The notes beneath the pieces are model-generated. The model worked only from the letters and a program-made list of their open reading frames with translations. It was not told the DNA's origin and searched no databases. Source: Promethearchaeota archaeon (GTDB lineage: Archaea; Asgardarchaeota; Lokiarchaeia; Sigyniarchaeales; SOKP01). From it: a stretch of DNA of 64,000 bases. Each line of letters starts with the position of its first letter. Position 1 is the first letter of the stretch. A program made the translations under genes and the position numbers. This document shows, one piece after another, positions 41,404-51,602 of this stretch. The stretch covers positions 16,713 to 80,712 of the forward strand of contig JAHLWP010000017.1 of assembly GCA_019057865.1 (NCBI GenBank), written 5' to 3'.

Positions 41404-42273
41404 TTACATTAATAAGGCGCCAATTGCAGCACAAAATTCTGAATTGTTTAAGAATATTGCTTTTTTTTTGTTAATCTTACAGATTAGTGATAACATTTTC
41501 TTTGCTAACCTATTTTCTTTTAAAAATCCACCACAAAAGACAATACTTAAAATATCATTATTGTCAGCCATCAAGTTTGCCATTGTGCCTATATTTTCCC
41601 CGATCATGCTTATTATGGAATTAATAAAATCCTCTTTTTTCAAATTATTCATGGTAAAACTAAGATCAATCTTTCCTAAGGATGCCGCTGTAAACTCCCT
41701 AAATAGTAAATCAACTCTATCATCTTCAGGAGCATAAATATCAGAAACTTTTAAATCAACATTATATCTATTTCCTTTTTTGGCTAGGTTTAATGCCTCT
41801 TGGAAATTATCCGAATTGAATAAAATTCTAATCAGTCCCATAAAAAAACCTCCTCCCATAGCAGTACCTCCCAAGTGCTCAATAGAATCTTTTTTAGAAA
41901 CCATCGAAGTTCCAGTTCCGATGGTCACGATTAATGAAGGAGATAATTCTTTCTTTTTTTCTAATAAATAAAGGATTTCAATTCCTTTAACATTAGCTTC
42001 AAATTCATTTATTAATTTTGTTTCAACTGTTTTTGAATAGTTTCGATATAAATTGAAGCTTTTTCCTCCTGTAAAATTAATTTTTTTAAATTGTTTTACA
42101 TTCGACTCTAAAGCTATTTTGAGTGAAGTTAAATCAGTTTGAGTTAGAAAGTAAGATAATTGTAATTTATCACCATTTAAATATGCAATTTTGGAAAGAG
42201 TTTGTCCCATATCGACTCCAATTGTATCTGCTGGTATTTGAACATTTAGATTATCTATGTTTATACAGAACAT
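41404..42273 (-). CDS. Type II pantothenate kinase (Fumble/CoaW-like)
   Basis: GVDMGQTLSK, FTGG, EFEANVKG, TIGTGTS, GGTAMGGG, VDLKVSDIY, AASLGK. Confidence 0.88.
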   Translation of the reverse strand: MFCINIDNLNVQIPADTIGVDMGQTLSKIAYLNGDKLQLSYFLTQTDLTSLKIALESNVKQFKKINFTGGKSFNLYRNYSKTVETKLINEFEANVKGIEILYLLEKKKELSPSLIVTIGTGTSMVSKKDSIEHLGGTAMGGGFFMGLIRILFNSDNFQEALNLAKKGNRYNVDLKVSDIYAPEDDRVDLLFREFTAASLGKIDLSFTMNNLKKEDFINSIISMIGENIGTMANLMADNNDILSIVFCGGFLKENRLAKKMLSLICKINKKKAIFLNNSEFCAAIGALLM

Positions 42274-42363
42274 CTTTTTTATCCCTTAACTTAAAATTCT
42301 AATCTTTCATTATTTTATATTAATATTTCAATTTAATAAATCAATTTTGTAAATCATTCTTAC

Positions 42364-43836
42364 ATGATAGATCAGCCAAGCTTAGAAAATGTTGAAGTTG
42401 CAATAATTAAGGGAAATACCCCAAAAGAGGGTGTTCTGGAAGGAATTGAGAAACTTGGGGGAATCTCCAAATTTATTAATAAAGGAGATCAAGTTTTCAT
42501 TAAATTTAATTTAAATTTACCTCATGGCTTTCCAACAAATACTAATTTTAACGTATTAAAGGCATTAATTAAATCTTGTAAGAAAGCAGGGGCTAACAAA
42601 ATCTACTTGGGAAGTTTTCCAGTTAAAGGTTTTTCAATTTATGCAATTTCAAATTTATTAGGGCTTCATAACTATTTTGAAACTCTTGGAGCAGAATTAG
42701 TATATTTAGATAATAGTAACTATTATAACCAGAAAGGAATAAAACCAGATAAATTAAAAGAAATTAAGGAAAAATCATTTTCAAAGGTTGAAGTATATAA
42801 CAATGAAGTAAAATTTCCAAACATAGTCCTTAATTCAGATAAATTAATATTAGTAAATCAAGTTAATGTAGAGCCTTTATTCAAATATAATTTATCAATA
42901 TTAAATTACTATTCAATCATTCCAAATGCATATCAGGAAATTGATAAGAATGTACGGGCAGGAAAGGATTATTTATTTCTTGATCAATACAAACAAGATC
43001 TAGTTTCAAAAATTATTGACATTTCTACAATAAAAAAACCCGATTTAGTAATAAATGATTTATTTTATATAATGGAAGAAGCTGGTCCGTATATTTATAA
43101 GGATTCAAAACTAAAAACTACAGGCTTAGTTATTGTTGGTAATGATCCTATTGCTGTTGATTTAATTACGTTAAATCTAATGAATATTAATAAGGTTGAT
43201 AGTAAACTAATTTTGGAAGCTCAAAATAAAAGAGTAGGTATTACAGATATTTCAAAAATAAATATCTTGGGAGAAAAATTCGAAGATATTAGTATAAATG
43301 TTTCTTTATGTGCATCGAAGCTTGAAAATATTAAAACACCAAATTTTTCAATTAGATCAGGCAGGTTTTGTTCAGGATGTTCAAAACAGGCTTATCATTT
43401 TTTAAATTTTATCAAAATGCATATGGTAAAAGATTTAAAATATAATCCAAAAAATTCGTTTTTGATTGGGGAAAATCCCTTAGATCCAGAACATTTTGAA
43501 CATATTATTTTATTTGGAGATTGTTGTATTAATAGCACAAAAGATCGTAGTTTTAGAAAAGATATAAAGAGATCTCATAAAAATGTCGCAAATGAATCAA
43601 AACAGAAAAAATTTAAAAAAGTAAAATCCACAAAAAAGGGAAAAACTAAGGTAAAATTAAATAAAAAAATATTGGAATTGCCAGGATGCCCACCCGACAT
43701 ATTTAGCTCTCTAGAACTATTATTAGATTATTATGGAAAAAAAAACTCTCCAAATTTAAAGTTCATTAGTGAAATAATAAAATCATGGAGATCTCAACAA
43801 ACTAAAGAAAAATTAGAGTTATGGGAGGCGCTCTAA
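42364..43836 (+). CDS. DUF362-domain protein with Fe-S-like Cys motifs
   Basis: LGGISKFINKGDQVFIK, DPIAVD, CSGC, GDC, PGCPP. Confidence 0.8.
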   Translation: MIDQPSLENVEVAIIKGNTPKEGVLEGIEKLGGISKFINKGDQVFIKFNLNLPHGFPTNTNFNVLKALIKSCKKAGANKIYLGSFPVKGFSIYAISNLLGLHNYFETLGAELVYLDNSNYYNQKGIKPDKLKEIKEKSFSKVEVYNNEVKFPNIVLNSDKLILVNQVNVEPLFKYNLSILNYYSIIPNAYQEIDKNVRAGKDYLFLDQYKQDLVSKIIDISTIKKPDLVINDLFYIMEEAGPYIYKDSKLKTTGLVIVGNDPIAVDLITLNLMNINKVDSKLILEAQNKRVGITDISKINILGEKFEDISINVSLCASKLENIKTPNFSIRSGRFCSGCSKQAYHFLNFIKMHMVKDLKYNPKNSFLIGENPLDPEHFEHIILFGDCCINSTKDRSFRKDIKRSHKNVANESKQKKFKKVKSTKKGKTKVKLNKKILELPGCPPDIFSSLELLLDYYGKKNSPNLKFISEIIKSWRSQQTKEKLELWEAL

Positions 43837-43837
43837 A

Positions 43838-45421
43838 ATGATGATCAATGAAAAATTCAAAAATAACTGGAAAAAAATCATTGATTTTAATTCTAAAGCA
43901 AATATTGTAGAAGATATCAAAGGGTTAAAAGAAATTGTTAGAATTCCCTTAACACCTATAAATCTAGAAGCGAACATTTTATATTATTTATTCGAAATTA
44001 TTTATCCAAAATTTATAACTGATCAACAAAATATACTTGACCTTATTATCTCTGAAGAAGATATTAAGAATAAAACGTTAGGAATATATTTATATCCTAC
44101 AAAAAAAGCTGGTATACATGAAAAAATTGAAAAATTGCCTATAGATATCATTAAAATTAAAGAAAAAGATTTTGATGATTTTGATGAGTTATTTACAAAC
44201 CTTCAAAAAACTATATTGAAAAAAAAGGCAATAAGGATATCAAGCTTTCGATTATTTAAGAAAATTGCGATAGATTTATTAAATAAATATTGTGAACATA
44301 TTGAAACGCTTTCAAATTATGAGTTTATAAAGAGATTTTTAGATTTAATTCAGGATTTAATTGAGAATGATTTATTTTATATATATCCTGAACCCAATAT
44401 TTATAGATTTTTAAAAAAAATTATAACACTATTGAATGGAATTAAATTATCTAAAATTTTTGAATTAATTAACGAATTTACTCCTGTTTTTAATCTTTTA
44501 TTTATTCTTAATTCTAAAAATTTAGTATTAACTTCTCAAATACAAAAAAAGATTTCTAAAACAAAGATATCAGAGATTTTATTAAAAATAGATAAGCTTG
44601 ATGAATTTAGAGTTAATGAAAATCCTCCAAATATTCATGATACAATGATGCAGAATAAACTAAAATTTAAAGTTGATAATGTAATATACCTAAGCCAAAA
44701 TGATATTTTATCTTTTTTTTCAGAGTTATTCGATTTGGAAATCCCATTGAATAAGGATAGTACAAATCTTATTGCCCAAAAAGTTTTATTTGGATATAGA
44801 CGTTTTGAAGATCGTTGGAATATTGCTCCACGACCGACTATTTATAATAACCTTAGAAGATTCATATTTAGACTTTTTGGCTTTAATTTGAATCTTAAAA
44901 AAATCTCACATTGGACAATTCCTAAATTGCTCTCTAATTGTATTAATGTCTACTTTGGATTAAATTCTAAGGTTTTAGTTTTTTTAACTAATATTCAAAA
45001 CTATAAAAACTTAAATTTAAAGACAATAGATTATCTAAAAGTTGCTTCAGAAAATATATTCTTATTAGAAATTGAGAATAGTTCCTTGACGAAAGTAATC
45101 CCAATTAAAAGATCTAATCTTTTTTCTAGTAAAATTGAATCTCTTGAATTAATAAGATCAAAGATTTCTGAAACTTATGGCTTTATATCATCAATATTAA
45201 TAATCGATAAATATCTGATGATGAAATTTTTAGAGCTATTTGTTTTTAAATTAACTAAATTTTCTCCCTTTAAAAAATTAAAGACATTGAAATTATTTAA
45301 AGAAAAATCTTATTTTAATATGTATCCAGAGCCTCCAATTTATAAATTGTTCCAACAAAAACGAATTATTTCATTTTTAAGATTAATATTGCCCATTTTG
45401 ATTGATAAACATGAATTTTAA
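43838..45421 (+). CDS. Hypothetical protein
   Basis: 527-aa ORF directly downstream of the DUF362 gene. Confidence 0.8.
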   Translation: MMINEKFKNNWKKIIDFNSKANIVEDIKGLKEIVRIPLTPINLEANILYYLFEIIYPKFITDQQNILDLIISEEDIKNKTLGIYLYPTKKAGIHEKIEKLPIDIIKIKEKDFDDFDELFTNLQKTILKKKAIRISSFRLFKKIAIDLLNKYCEHIETLSNYEFIKRFLDLIQDLIENDLFYIYPEPNIYRFLKKIITLLNGIKLSKIFELINEFTPVFNLLFILNSKNLVLTSQIQKKISKTKISEILLKIDKLDEFRVNENPPNIHDTMMQNKLKFKVDNVIYLSQNDILSFFSELFDLEIPLNKDSTNLIAQKVLFGYRRFEDRWNIAPRPTIYNNLRRFIFRLFGFNLNLKKISHWTIPKLLSNCINVYFGLNSKVLVFLTNIQNYKNLNLKTIDYLKVASENIFLLEIENSSLTKVIPIKRSNLFSSKIESLELIRSKISETYGFISSILIIDKYLMMKFLELFVFKLTKFSPFKKLKTLKLFKEKSYFNMYPEPPIYKLFQQKRIISFLRLILPILIDKHEF

Positions 45422-45470
45422 TGACAATTCATGTTTTTAATTCATTTATCCTAAAAAAAATAATATTAAC

Positions 45471-46571
45471 TTATTTGATAAATCCTTTTGCTACTAGAAG
45501 TTCTGCATTTAATATAGCACCACCAGCTGCCCCTCGTATAGTATTATGACTTAAAGCTACAAATTTAACATCAAATACATTATCCTTTCTTAATCTACCA
45601 ATTGTTACTGCCATACCTTTGTCATTATCTCTATCCTTTTTGGGTTGCGGCCTATCTATCTCCTCTAAGTAAATTATTGGTTGTTTTGGAGCAAATGGTA
45701 AGTTTAATTCTTGAGGAACTGATTTGAATTCTTTCCAGATTTTTAAAATTTCTTCTATTGTTGGTTTATTATCTTTAAATTTTAAATTTATACAAGCAAT
45801 ATGACCATCAGCAACGGGAACCCGAGTACATGTTGTACTAATTTGAATCGAATCATTATTAACTATTCCACTATCAGTGACTGTTCCTAATATTTTTAAA
45901 GGCTCTTTTTCAGATTTTTCTTCCTCGCCATTAATATAGGGAATAATATTATCAATAATGTCTAGAGATGGTACTCCTGGATAACCTGCTCCAGAGACCG
46001 CTTGTAAAGTAGTTACTATCATTTTTTCTACTTTATATCCTGCTTTTTCTAAAGCATAAATAGGAGTCATATAACTTTGAACTGAACAGTTTGGTTTGAC
46101 AGAAACAAAGCCCTTAGAAAAACCTCTCCTTTGCTGTTGAATAGGAATAACATTAATATGATCATAATTAATTTCGCCGATAATCATAGGTACATCAGGA
46201 GTCCATCTATGAGCAGAATTATTAGATATTACTACAATTCCCTTTTCAGCATATTTAAATTCGAGCTCTTTAATTTTCTCTTTAGTGGGCATTGTTATAG
46301 CAGAAAACATTAAACTAACTCCTGAAGGGATAGATTTGAAATCTTGGACATCTCTTACTATCAAATCCTTGATATCAGATGGTATTGATATTGGCATTTG
46401 CCACTTGGTCTTTACAGCTTCTTCATATTTCTTTCCTGATGATTTTGGAGATGCAGCAACGTCTACTATTTGAAACCAAGGATGATTTTGTAATAACTTT
46501 ATATAATTCTGACCTACTACACCTGTGGCTCCTAAGATTCCTATAGGTTTTTTTTCTTTCATTAAGATCAA
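45471..46571 (-). CDS. asd: Aspartate-semialdehyde dehydrogenase
   Basis: GATGVVGQ, KPNCS, QAVSGAG, RVPVADGH, HNTIRGAAG. Confidence 0.96.
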   Translation of the reverse strand: MILMKEKKPIGILGATGVVGQNYIKLLQNHPWFQIVDVAASPKSSGKKYEEAVKTKWQMPISIPSDIKDLIVRDVQDFKSIPSGVSLMFSAITMPTKEKIKELEFKYAEKGIVVISNNSAHRWTPDVPMIIGEINYDHINVIPIQQQRRGFSKGFVSVKPNCSVQSYMTPIYALEKAGYKVEKMIVTTLQAVSGAGYPGVPSLDIIDNIIPYINGEEEKSEKEPLKILGTVTDSGIVNNDSIQISTTCTRVPVADGHIACINLKFKDNKPTIEEILKIWKEFKSVPQELNLPFAPKQPIIYLEEIDRPQPKKDRDNDKGMAVTIGRLRKDNVFDVKFVALSHNTIRGAAGGAILNAELLVAKGFIK

Positions 46572-46788
46572 CCTGTTAAATTTTATGTTTTAATTTTTAA
46601 TGAGTTAATATTGAATAACTTTTAGATTTTTACCAAAATATACTTCGAGCTTTTCCTTGAAATTTTAAACCATCATCATTTTATTAAGTTTTTAATTATT
46701 AGAAACGTTATTGTGTATCAGATTAGTGAATTTGTTTGATTAAAAAATTAAAATATCATTTATAATAAATATTTAGAAGTGAAATTTT

Positions 46789-47319
46789 GTGCACAGACAT
46801 CATGATGATTTAGAAGAAGAAGCAGAAAAGTTAGAAAATCAATCCAAAGAAGAATTCAATAAAAAAAATTATACAATAGCAATTTCTCTCTTAAATGAAG
46901 CAAAAGAAGTTTACAAACAATTGGGATATGGAGGAAAAGTGGGAATCATTCAAAAACGGATTTCCCAAATGAAGAATCTTATGGCATTTGAAAAACAGGA
47001 TACATATCTTAAAACTAAAAACGAAGCACAATTTCAACAACGCATTGATAAAGTATTAACTGAAAAGAAACGATATGAACATAAACAAATAGAGTCTTTA
47101 AAAGAAATTCCACCCCAAATAAAAGGAAAACTTGAAAAAATAAATTTATTAAAAGAGAAAGTGGAAAAAGAATTAAAATTAGGCAGAATTGAAAGAGTTA
47201 AAGGAAGATATGAATATATTATAGAGTTATATAAATCTATTCCTAAAAGTATAGTAAACTCATCATTTGAGATCTTAGAAATTGAAAGAATACTATCATC
47301 TTTAGGAGATAAAAAATAA
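46789..47319 (+). CDS. Helical TPR-like hypothetical protein
   Basis: KKNYTIAISLLNEAKEVYKQLGY helical-hairpin pattern. Confidence 0.7.
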   Translation: MHRHHDDLEEEAEKLENQSKEEFNKKNYTIAISLLNEAKEVYKQLGYGGKVGIIQKRISQMKNLMAFEKQDTYLKTKNEAQFQQRIDKVLTEKKRYEHKQIESLKEIPPQIKGKLEKINLLKEKVEKELKLGRIERVKGRYEYIIELYKSIPKSIVNSSFEILEIERILSSLGDKK

Positions 47320-47367
47320 AATTTCATCATTCATTTTAAATTTTAATTAGCTAATTCTTGAGATTAT

Positions 47368-48411
47368 ATGAAAAATCCATTTGATCGCTTTTATCACGTG
47401 CTAAACTCACAGGAATTATTAGATATAGCCTTTAAAAGAGGGATGAAAAGCTCTGCTCAAGTTTCAAGAAATGCTCCTAAACTAATTAAGGCAAAAAAAA
47501 AAGAATCAAAGCGTATAAAGGTTACAATTGATAATTTAGTTAACAGGATTTTTAATATAATAAAAATGGTGCCAATGATAGACGATCTTCCAGATTTTTA
47601 CAGAGAATTAGCTTCACTTTTAGTTAATACAAATAATTTAAAATTAACTTTAGGTAAATTAAATGGAATTTTACCTGTTCTAAGGCAAATTGAAAGAGAA
47701 TATACCAGTAAATTACGCAAAATCGAAATACCTAAAGAAGGAGATCAATTGCGAAGAGCTGCTTTTGGAAGAATATCATCAATTATTAATAAACAAAACA
47801 AAAATCTTATTTATTTGAATAGCATAAGAGGAAAATTAAGAGAAATTCCTTCAATTGATCCCGCTTCGCCTTGTGTTGTTTTTGCAGGATATCCTAATGT
47901 AGGAAAAAGTAGTCTTGTAAAAAATATTTCTACTAATAAAAAAATTGAAGTTCAAGAATACCCATTTACTACAAAAAAATTAATAATAGGTCATTTAGAA
48001 ATTAAAAGAAAATTTGATAAGATTATATTGCAATGCTTGGATACTCCAGGAATTTTGGACCGCCCAATGGCAAAAAGGAATAATATTGAACTACAAGCAA
48101 TTTTGGCACTAAGATTGATCTCTGATTTTATAGTCTTTGTTTTTGATCCTACTCCTGCATGTGGTTATTCAATTGATTCTCAAGTAGAGTTGTATTATGA
48201 AATTAAATCTAATTTCACTAAAGATGGAAAAATAAATCTTTTTATAATAATAAATAAAATGGATTTAGCAAGTTCTTCAGAAATAGAATATCTAAAGAAA
48301 CAATTACAAATACAGGAAGAGGACTATTTTTTAACTAACGCTTTAACAGGAGAAAATCTTGATCAACTAATAAGTTATTTTAATAATAGATACACTGATA
48401 AAAATAGATAA
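47368..48411 (+). CDS. NOG1 family GTP-binding protein
   Basis: LPDFY, GYPNVGKSS, YPFTT, DTPGILDRP, NKMD. Confidence 0.93.
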   Translation: MKNPFDRFYHVLNSQELLDIAFKRGMKSSAQVSRNAPKLIKAKKKESKRIKVTIDNLVNRIFNIIKMVPMIDDLPDFYRELASLLVNTNNLKLTLGKLNGILPVLRQIEREYTSKLRKIEIPKEGDQLRRAAFGRISSIINKQNKNLIYLNSIRGKLREIPSIDPASPCVVFAGYPNVGKSSLVKNISTNKKIEVQEYPFTTKKLIIGHLEIKRKFDKIILQCLDTPGILDRPMAKRNNIELQAILALRLISDFIVFVFDPTPACGYSIDSQVELYYEIKSNFTKDGKINLFIIINKMDLASSSEIEYLKKQLQIQEEDYFLTNALTGENLDQLISYFNNRYTDKNR

Positions 48412-48415
48412 TATA

Positions 48416-49501
48416 ATGGAAAAACCTGAATTATATATTTTAGGGTTAGATATTGGAGGTGCTAATACCAAAGCGACCCTGATTAAATTTAAAAATTCAA
48501 AAATAATAAAATCATTCTCTTATATCGAATATTTTCCTTTTTGGGAAAAAACTCTAAAAGAAATTCCTGAGACGTTAAAAAGAATAAATAGTAATATTAT
48601 AGAAAAAAATAATTTAAAACTAAAAATTATAGATTATATTTCAATAACTATTACAGCAGAGCTTTCAGATGCATTTCAAACTAAACGTGAAGGAATAAAT
48701 ATTATATTAAATGCACTAGAACAAGTTTTTAATACTAAAAAGCTATTTTTCATTAGCATTAATAACAAATTCATCAACTATGAACAAGCAAGAGAGGAAA
48801 ATTTATTAATTGCTGCAGCAAATTGGGTATCAACTGCATTATTCTTAGGAAAATTTGTACCAAAATGCATTTTAATAGATTCAGGCTCCACTACGATTGA
48901 TCTTATCCCTATTTTGAATTCAATACCCTGTACTAAAGGTAAAACTGATGTAGAAAGATTAATGAATCATGAACTAATTTATACAGGAGGGTTAAGAGCA
49001 ACAATTCCTTCTATTACCCATTTTGTTCCATGTAAAGGTAAAAATATTAGGATTTCATTTGAAAAATTTGCATTAATTTCTGATGTCCATAGAATTCTAA
49101 ATAATATTTCTCAAGAAGAATATATTAATGATACTGCTGATGGTCGTTCTAAATCTTTAGAAGATTGTTATGCGCGATTAGCTAGAATTCTTTGTATGGA
49201 TTTAGAGATGGTTACTAAAGAAGATTTAAATATAATTGCTAAATTCATTTATGATAAACAATTAGAACTAGTATCAACTGAAATTCAAGAATTTATGAAG
49301 GAATTAATAGTTAGATTACCCGAATTTAAACAAAATCCTCAATTTGTTATAACAGGGTTTTCAGCTCACTTTTTAGTAAGAAGGGCTTTAGAAAAGCGTG
49401 GATATAATAATATTCTAACCTATGAAAGTATCACAAAAATTCCTGATCATATTAATTCCTCTGCTTTCGCTGTTGCTGGAGCACTTTATTCTCAATTATA
49501 A
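48416..49501 (+). CDS. mfnF: MfnF-like hydantoinase/oxoprolinase-family protein (methanofuran biosynthesis)
   Basis: GLDIGGANTK, TAELSDAF..KREG, AAANW, DSGSTTIDLIP, ELIYTG.LR, DTADGR. Confidence 0.8.
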   Translation: MEKPELYILGLDIGGANTKATLIKFKNSKIIKSFSYIEYFPFWEKTLKEIPETLKRINSNIIEKNNLKLKIIDYISITITAELSDAFQTKREGINIILNALEQVFNTKKLFFISINNKFINYEQAREENLLIAAANWVSTALFLGKFVPKCILIDSGSTTIDLIPILNSIPCTKGKTDVERLMNHELIYTGGLRATIPSITHFVPCKGKNIRISFEKFALISDVHRILNNISQEEYINDTADGRSKSLEDCYARLARILCMDLEMVTKEDLNIIAKFIYDKQLELVSTEIQEFMKELIVRLPEFKQNPQFVITGFSAHFLVRRALEKRGYNNILTYESITKIPDHINSSAFAVAGALYSQL

Positions 49502-49514
49502 GGTTTAAGAAAAA

Positions 49515-50240
49515 ATGACAATGAATATAGCTGTTTTTAAAATTGGAGGTAAAATTTTAGATAATAGCAATAATCTCATTAATACAATTGCTCAATTAAC
49601 TCAATTATTTGAAGATAAGATTATTAAAAAGCTAATTTTAATCCCTGGTGGAGGGTTTTTAGCAAATTTCGTAAGAAGCATATATAGAGAATTTATATTT
49701 AATGAGGATCTAGCTCATTGGATAGCTATTTATTCTATGGATTATAATGGAATAGAATTAAAAAGAAAATTTCCTCACTTAAAACTATATGATTATTACG
49801 AAACACTAGAACAAGAGAATAGAGGAATGTTTATATTTTTACCTTACAAGTATCTGAAAAAACATGATGAATTACCGCATACGTGGGATGTCACCTCTGA
49901 TTCAATAACTTTGTTTTTAGCTAAAGAACTAGGATTAAGTGAATGTTTTTTAATAAAAGATGTTGATGGTATCTTAAATGATAAAAATGAAGTAATAAAA
50001 GAAATTCCTGCTTCAAAATTCAAAGAGATGAGAGAATTAGGGAAATTATTTAAAATAAAATCCAACATTGAAGAATTAAAAGAAAGAACAAATCCAATTG
50101 ATCCTTTTGTAACAACTCTTATTGAAAAATATAACATATCTTGTATTATTTTAAATGGATCTAAGAACAAGACGAGGATCTTTAATTACTTCAAATCTGC
50201 TAGCAAAGAAGAAAAGATATATACAAAAATAAAATTATAA
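49515..50240 (+). CDS. mfnE: MfnE-like amino-acid-kinase-family protein
   Basis: KIGG, PGGG.LAN, AHW.AI..MD, LPHTWDVTSDSI, KDVDG; adjacent to mfnF. Confidence 0.8.
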   Translation: MTMNIAVFKIGGKILDNSNNLINTIAQLTQLFEDKIIKKLILIPGGGFLANFVRSIYREFIFNEDLAHWIAIYSMDYNGIELKRKFPHLKLYDYYETLEQENRGMFIFLPYKYLKKHDELPHTWDVTSDSITLFLAKELGLSECFLIKDVDGILNDKNEVIKEIPASKFKEMRELGKLFKIKSNIEELKERTNPIDPFVTTLIEKYNISCIILNGSKNKTRIFNYFKSASKEEKIYTKIKL

Positions 50241-50377
50241 GCTTTTGAACTAAAATTAGTTGATTTTGACGATATTTTTGTTAAAAGTCATAATTAAAAT
50301 TAAAGTTTTAATTAAATTGAACTTAAATTATAATTAATATAATATATAAATTTAATAAAACAAAGAGTGAAATCAAC

Positions 50378-50878
50378 ATGGATATTGAAGAAATGAAAAA
50401 GAATGCTGATTTTCTAATAAACAATATGAAGGGAATGGATATTCCTGGATCTACAACTGTAAACATTAGATATAGAAATATGGTTAATTTTGCTAAAGTT
50501 TATGGTATAACTGATCCCAAATATGTTGGCCCAGAGGAACAAGGAGTAGTGGCTTGCCATGCTTTTGCAAATTATTTTACGATCAAAGCCATTTATAAAT
50601 TGCTGTTAGGGTTTAAGCTTAATCAAGATGGAAAAGAACGTGGAATTATGCTTGATCCAGGTAAACTCTTACATGCTGGTAATCGATATAATTGGGAAGG
50701 ATGTGTTGATGTTAAACCAGGGGATAAATTGACTGTTACTGGAAAATGTACTGATGTAAAGTTAGTAGAGAAAAATATGATGTTGTTTGCTGATTTTTTA
50801 GTACATGTTAAAAATCAAAATGACGAGCCAGTTTGTAACATTACAATTTCTGCTGGTTTTCGTAAAGGAGGGTATTAA
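50378..50878 (+). CDS. MaoC-like dehydratase, N-type subunit
   Basis: FAKVYGITDPKY, LLHAG...VKPGD hot-dog fold. Confidence 0.8.
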   Translation: MDIEEMKKNADFLINNMKGMDIPGSTTVNIRYRNMVNFAKVYGITDPKYVGPEEQGVVACHAFANYFTIKAIYKLLLGFKLNQDGKERGIMLDPGKLLHAGNRYNWEGCVDVKPGDKLTVTGKCTDVKLVEKNMMLFADFLVHVKNQNDEPVCNITISAGFRKGGY

Positions 50879-50879
50879 A

Positions 50880-51428
50880 ATGGTTAAAATCTCAGATTTA
50901 AAAGTTGGACAAGTATTAAGTAATGAATTTGAGGGTATCACAAGAGATCTATTAAAACAATATGCAAAAGCATCAGGAGACACGAACCCTATTCATACTA
51001 ACGATGCTATAGCTGAAAGAGCAGGGCTTAAAGGCGTTATTGGTCACGGATTACTCAGTTTTGGTTTTATTTCCAAACTATTTGAAGACTTTCTTGAACA
51101 TGGGAAATATGGAACGATTATCGATATCTCTGTGCAAATGAGGGGTATGGTCCGGTGTGGGGATATTTTGCTTACTGAAGCAACGGTAAATAAAATTGAG
51201 GGCAAAAGAGTATATTTTGACGTAAAACAAACAACAATAACAAGTGTAGACATCAAAGATAACGAAGGTAATATTGTAAAACAGTTTGAAGCTGGTGAAA
51301 GAGGTTATATTTCTGAAAAAGATATTGAAAGAGGTTTAGTAAAGACGAAAGAAGTTCCAGAGGGGATTCTAACTTACCGAGAACGAATAGCCACCCCTGG
51401 CCAAGCTATCATTGAAATTTTTGAATAA
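50880..51428 (+). CDS. MaoC family dehydratase
   Basis: YAKASGDTNPIH...GVIGHG; start at ATG 50880 after GGAGG. Confidence 0.88.
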   Translation: MVKISDLKVGQVLSNEFEGITRDLLKQYAKASGDTNPIHTNDAIAERAGLKGVIGHGLLSFGFISKLFEDFLEHGKYGTIIDISVQMRGMVRCGDILLTEATVNKIEGKRVYFDVKQTTITSVDIKDNEGNIVKQFEAGERGYISEKDIERGLVKTKEVPEGILTYRERIATPGQAIIEIFE

Positions 51429-51602
51429 AGCTAAAAAAATTCTTTAAAATTTTAATAACTTATTCTTTTTTTGATAAAGCTTTAATTTTTATTTCAATTT
51501 CTTCTATTCCTTTAATATATTTGAACTATCTAATAGAAAATTTTTATCTTCTTCACATAATTATTTTAAAACATATTTATATTAGTTAAACAGAAGAGAT
51601 CA

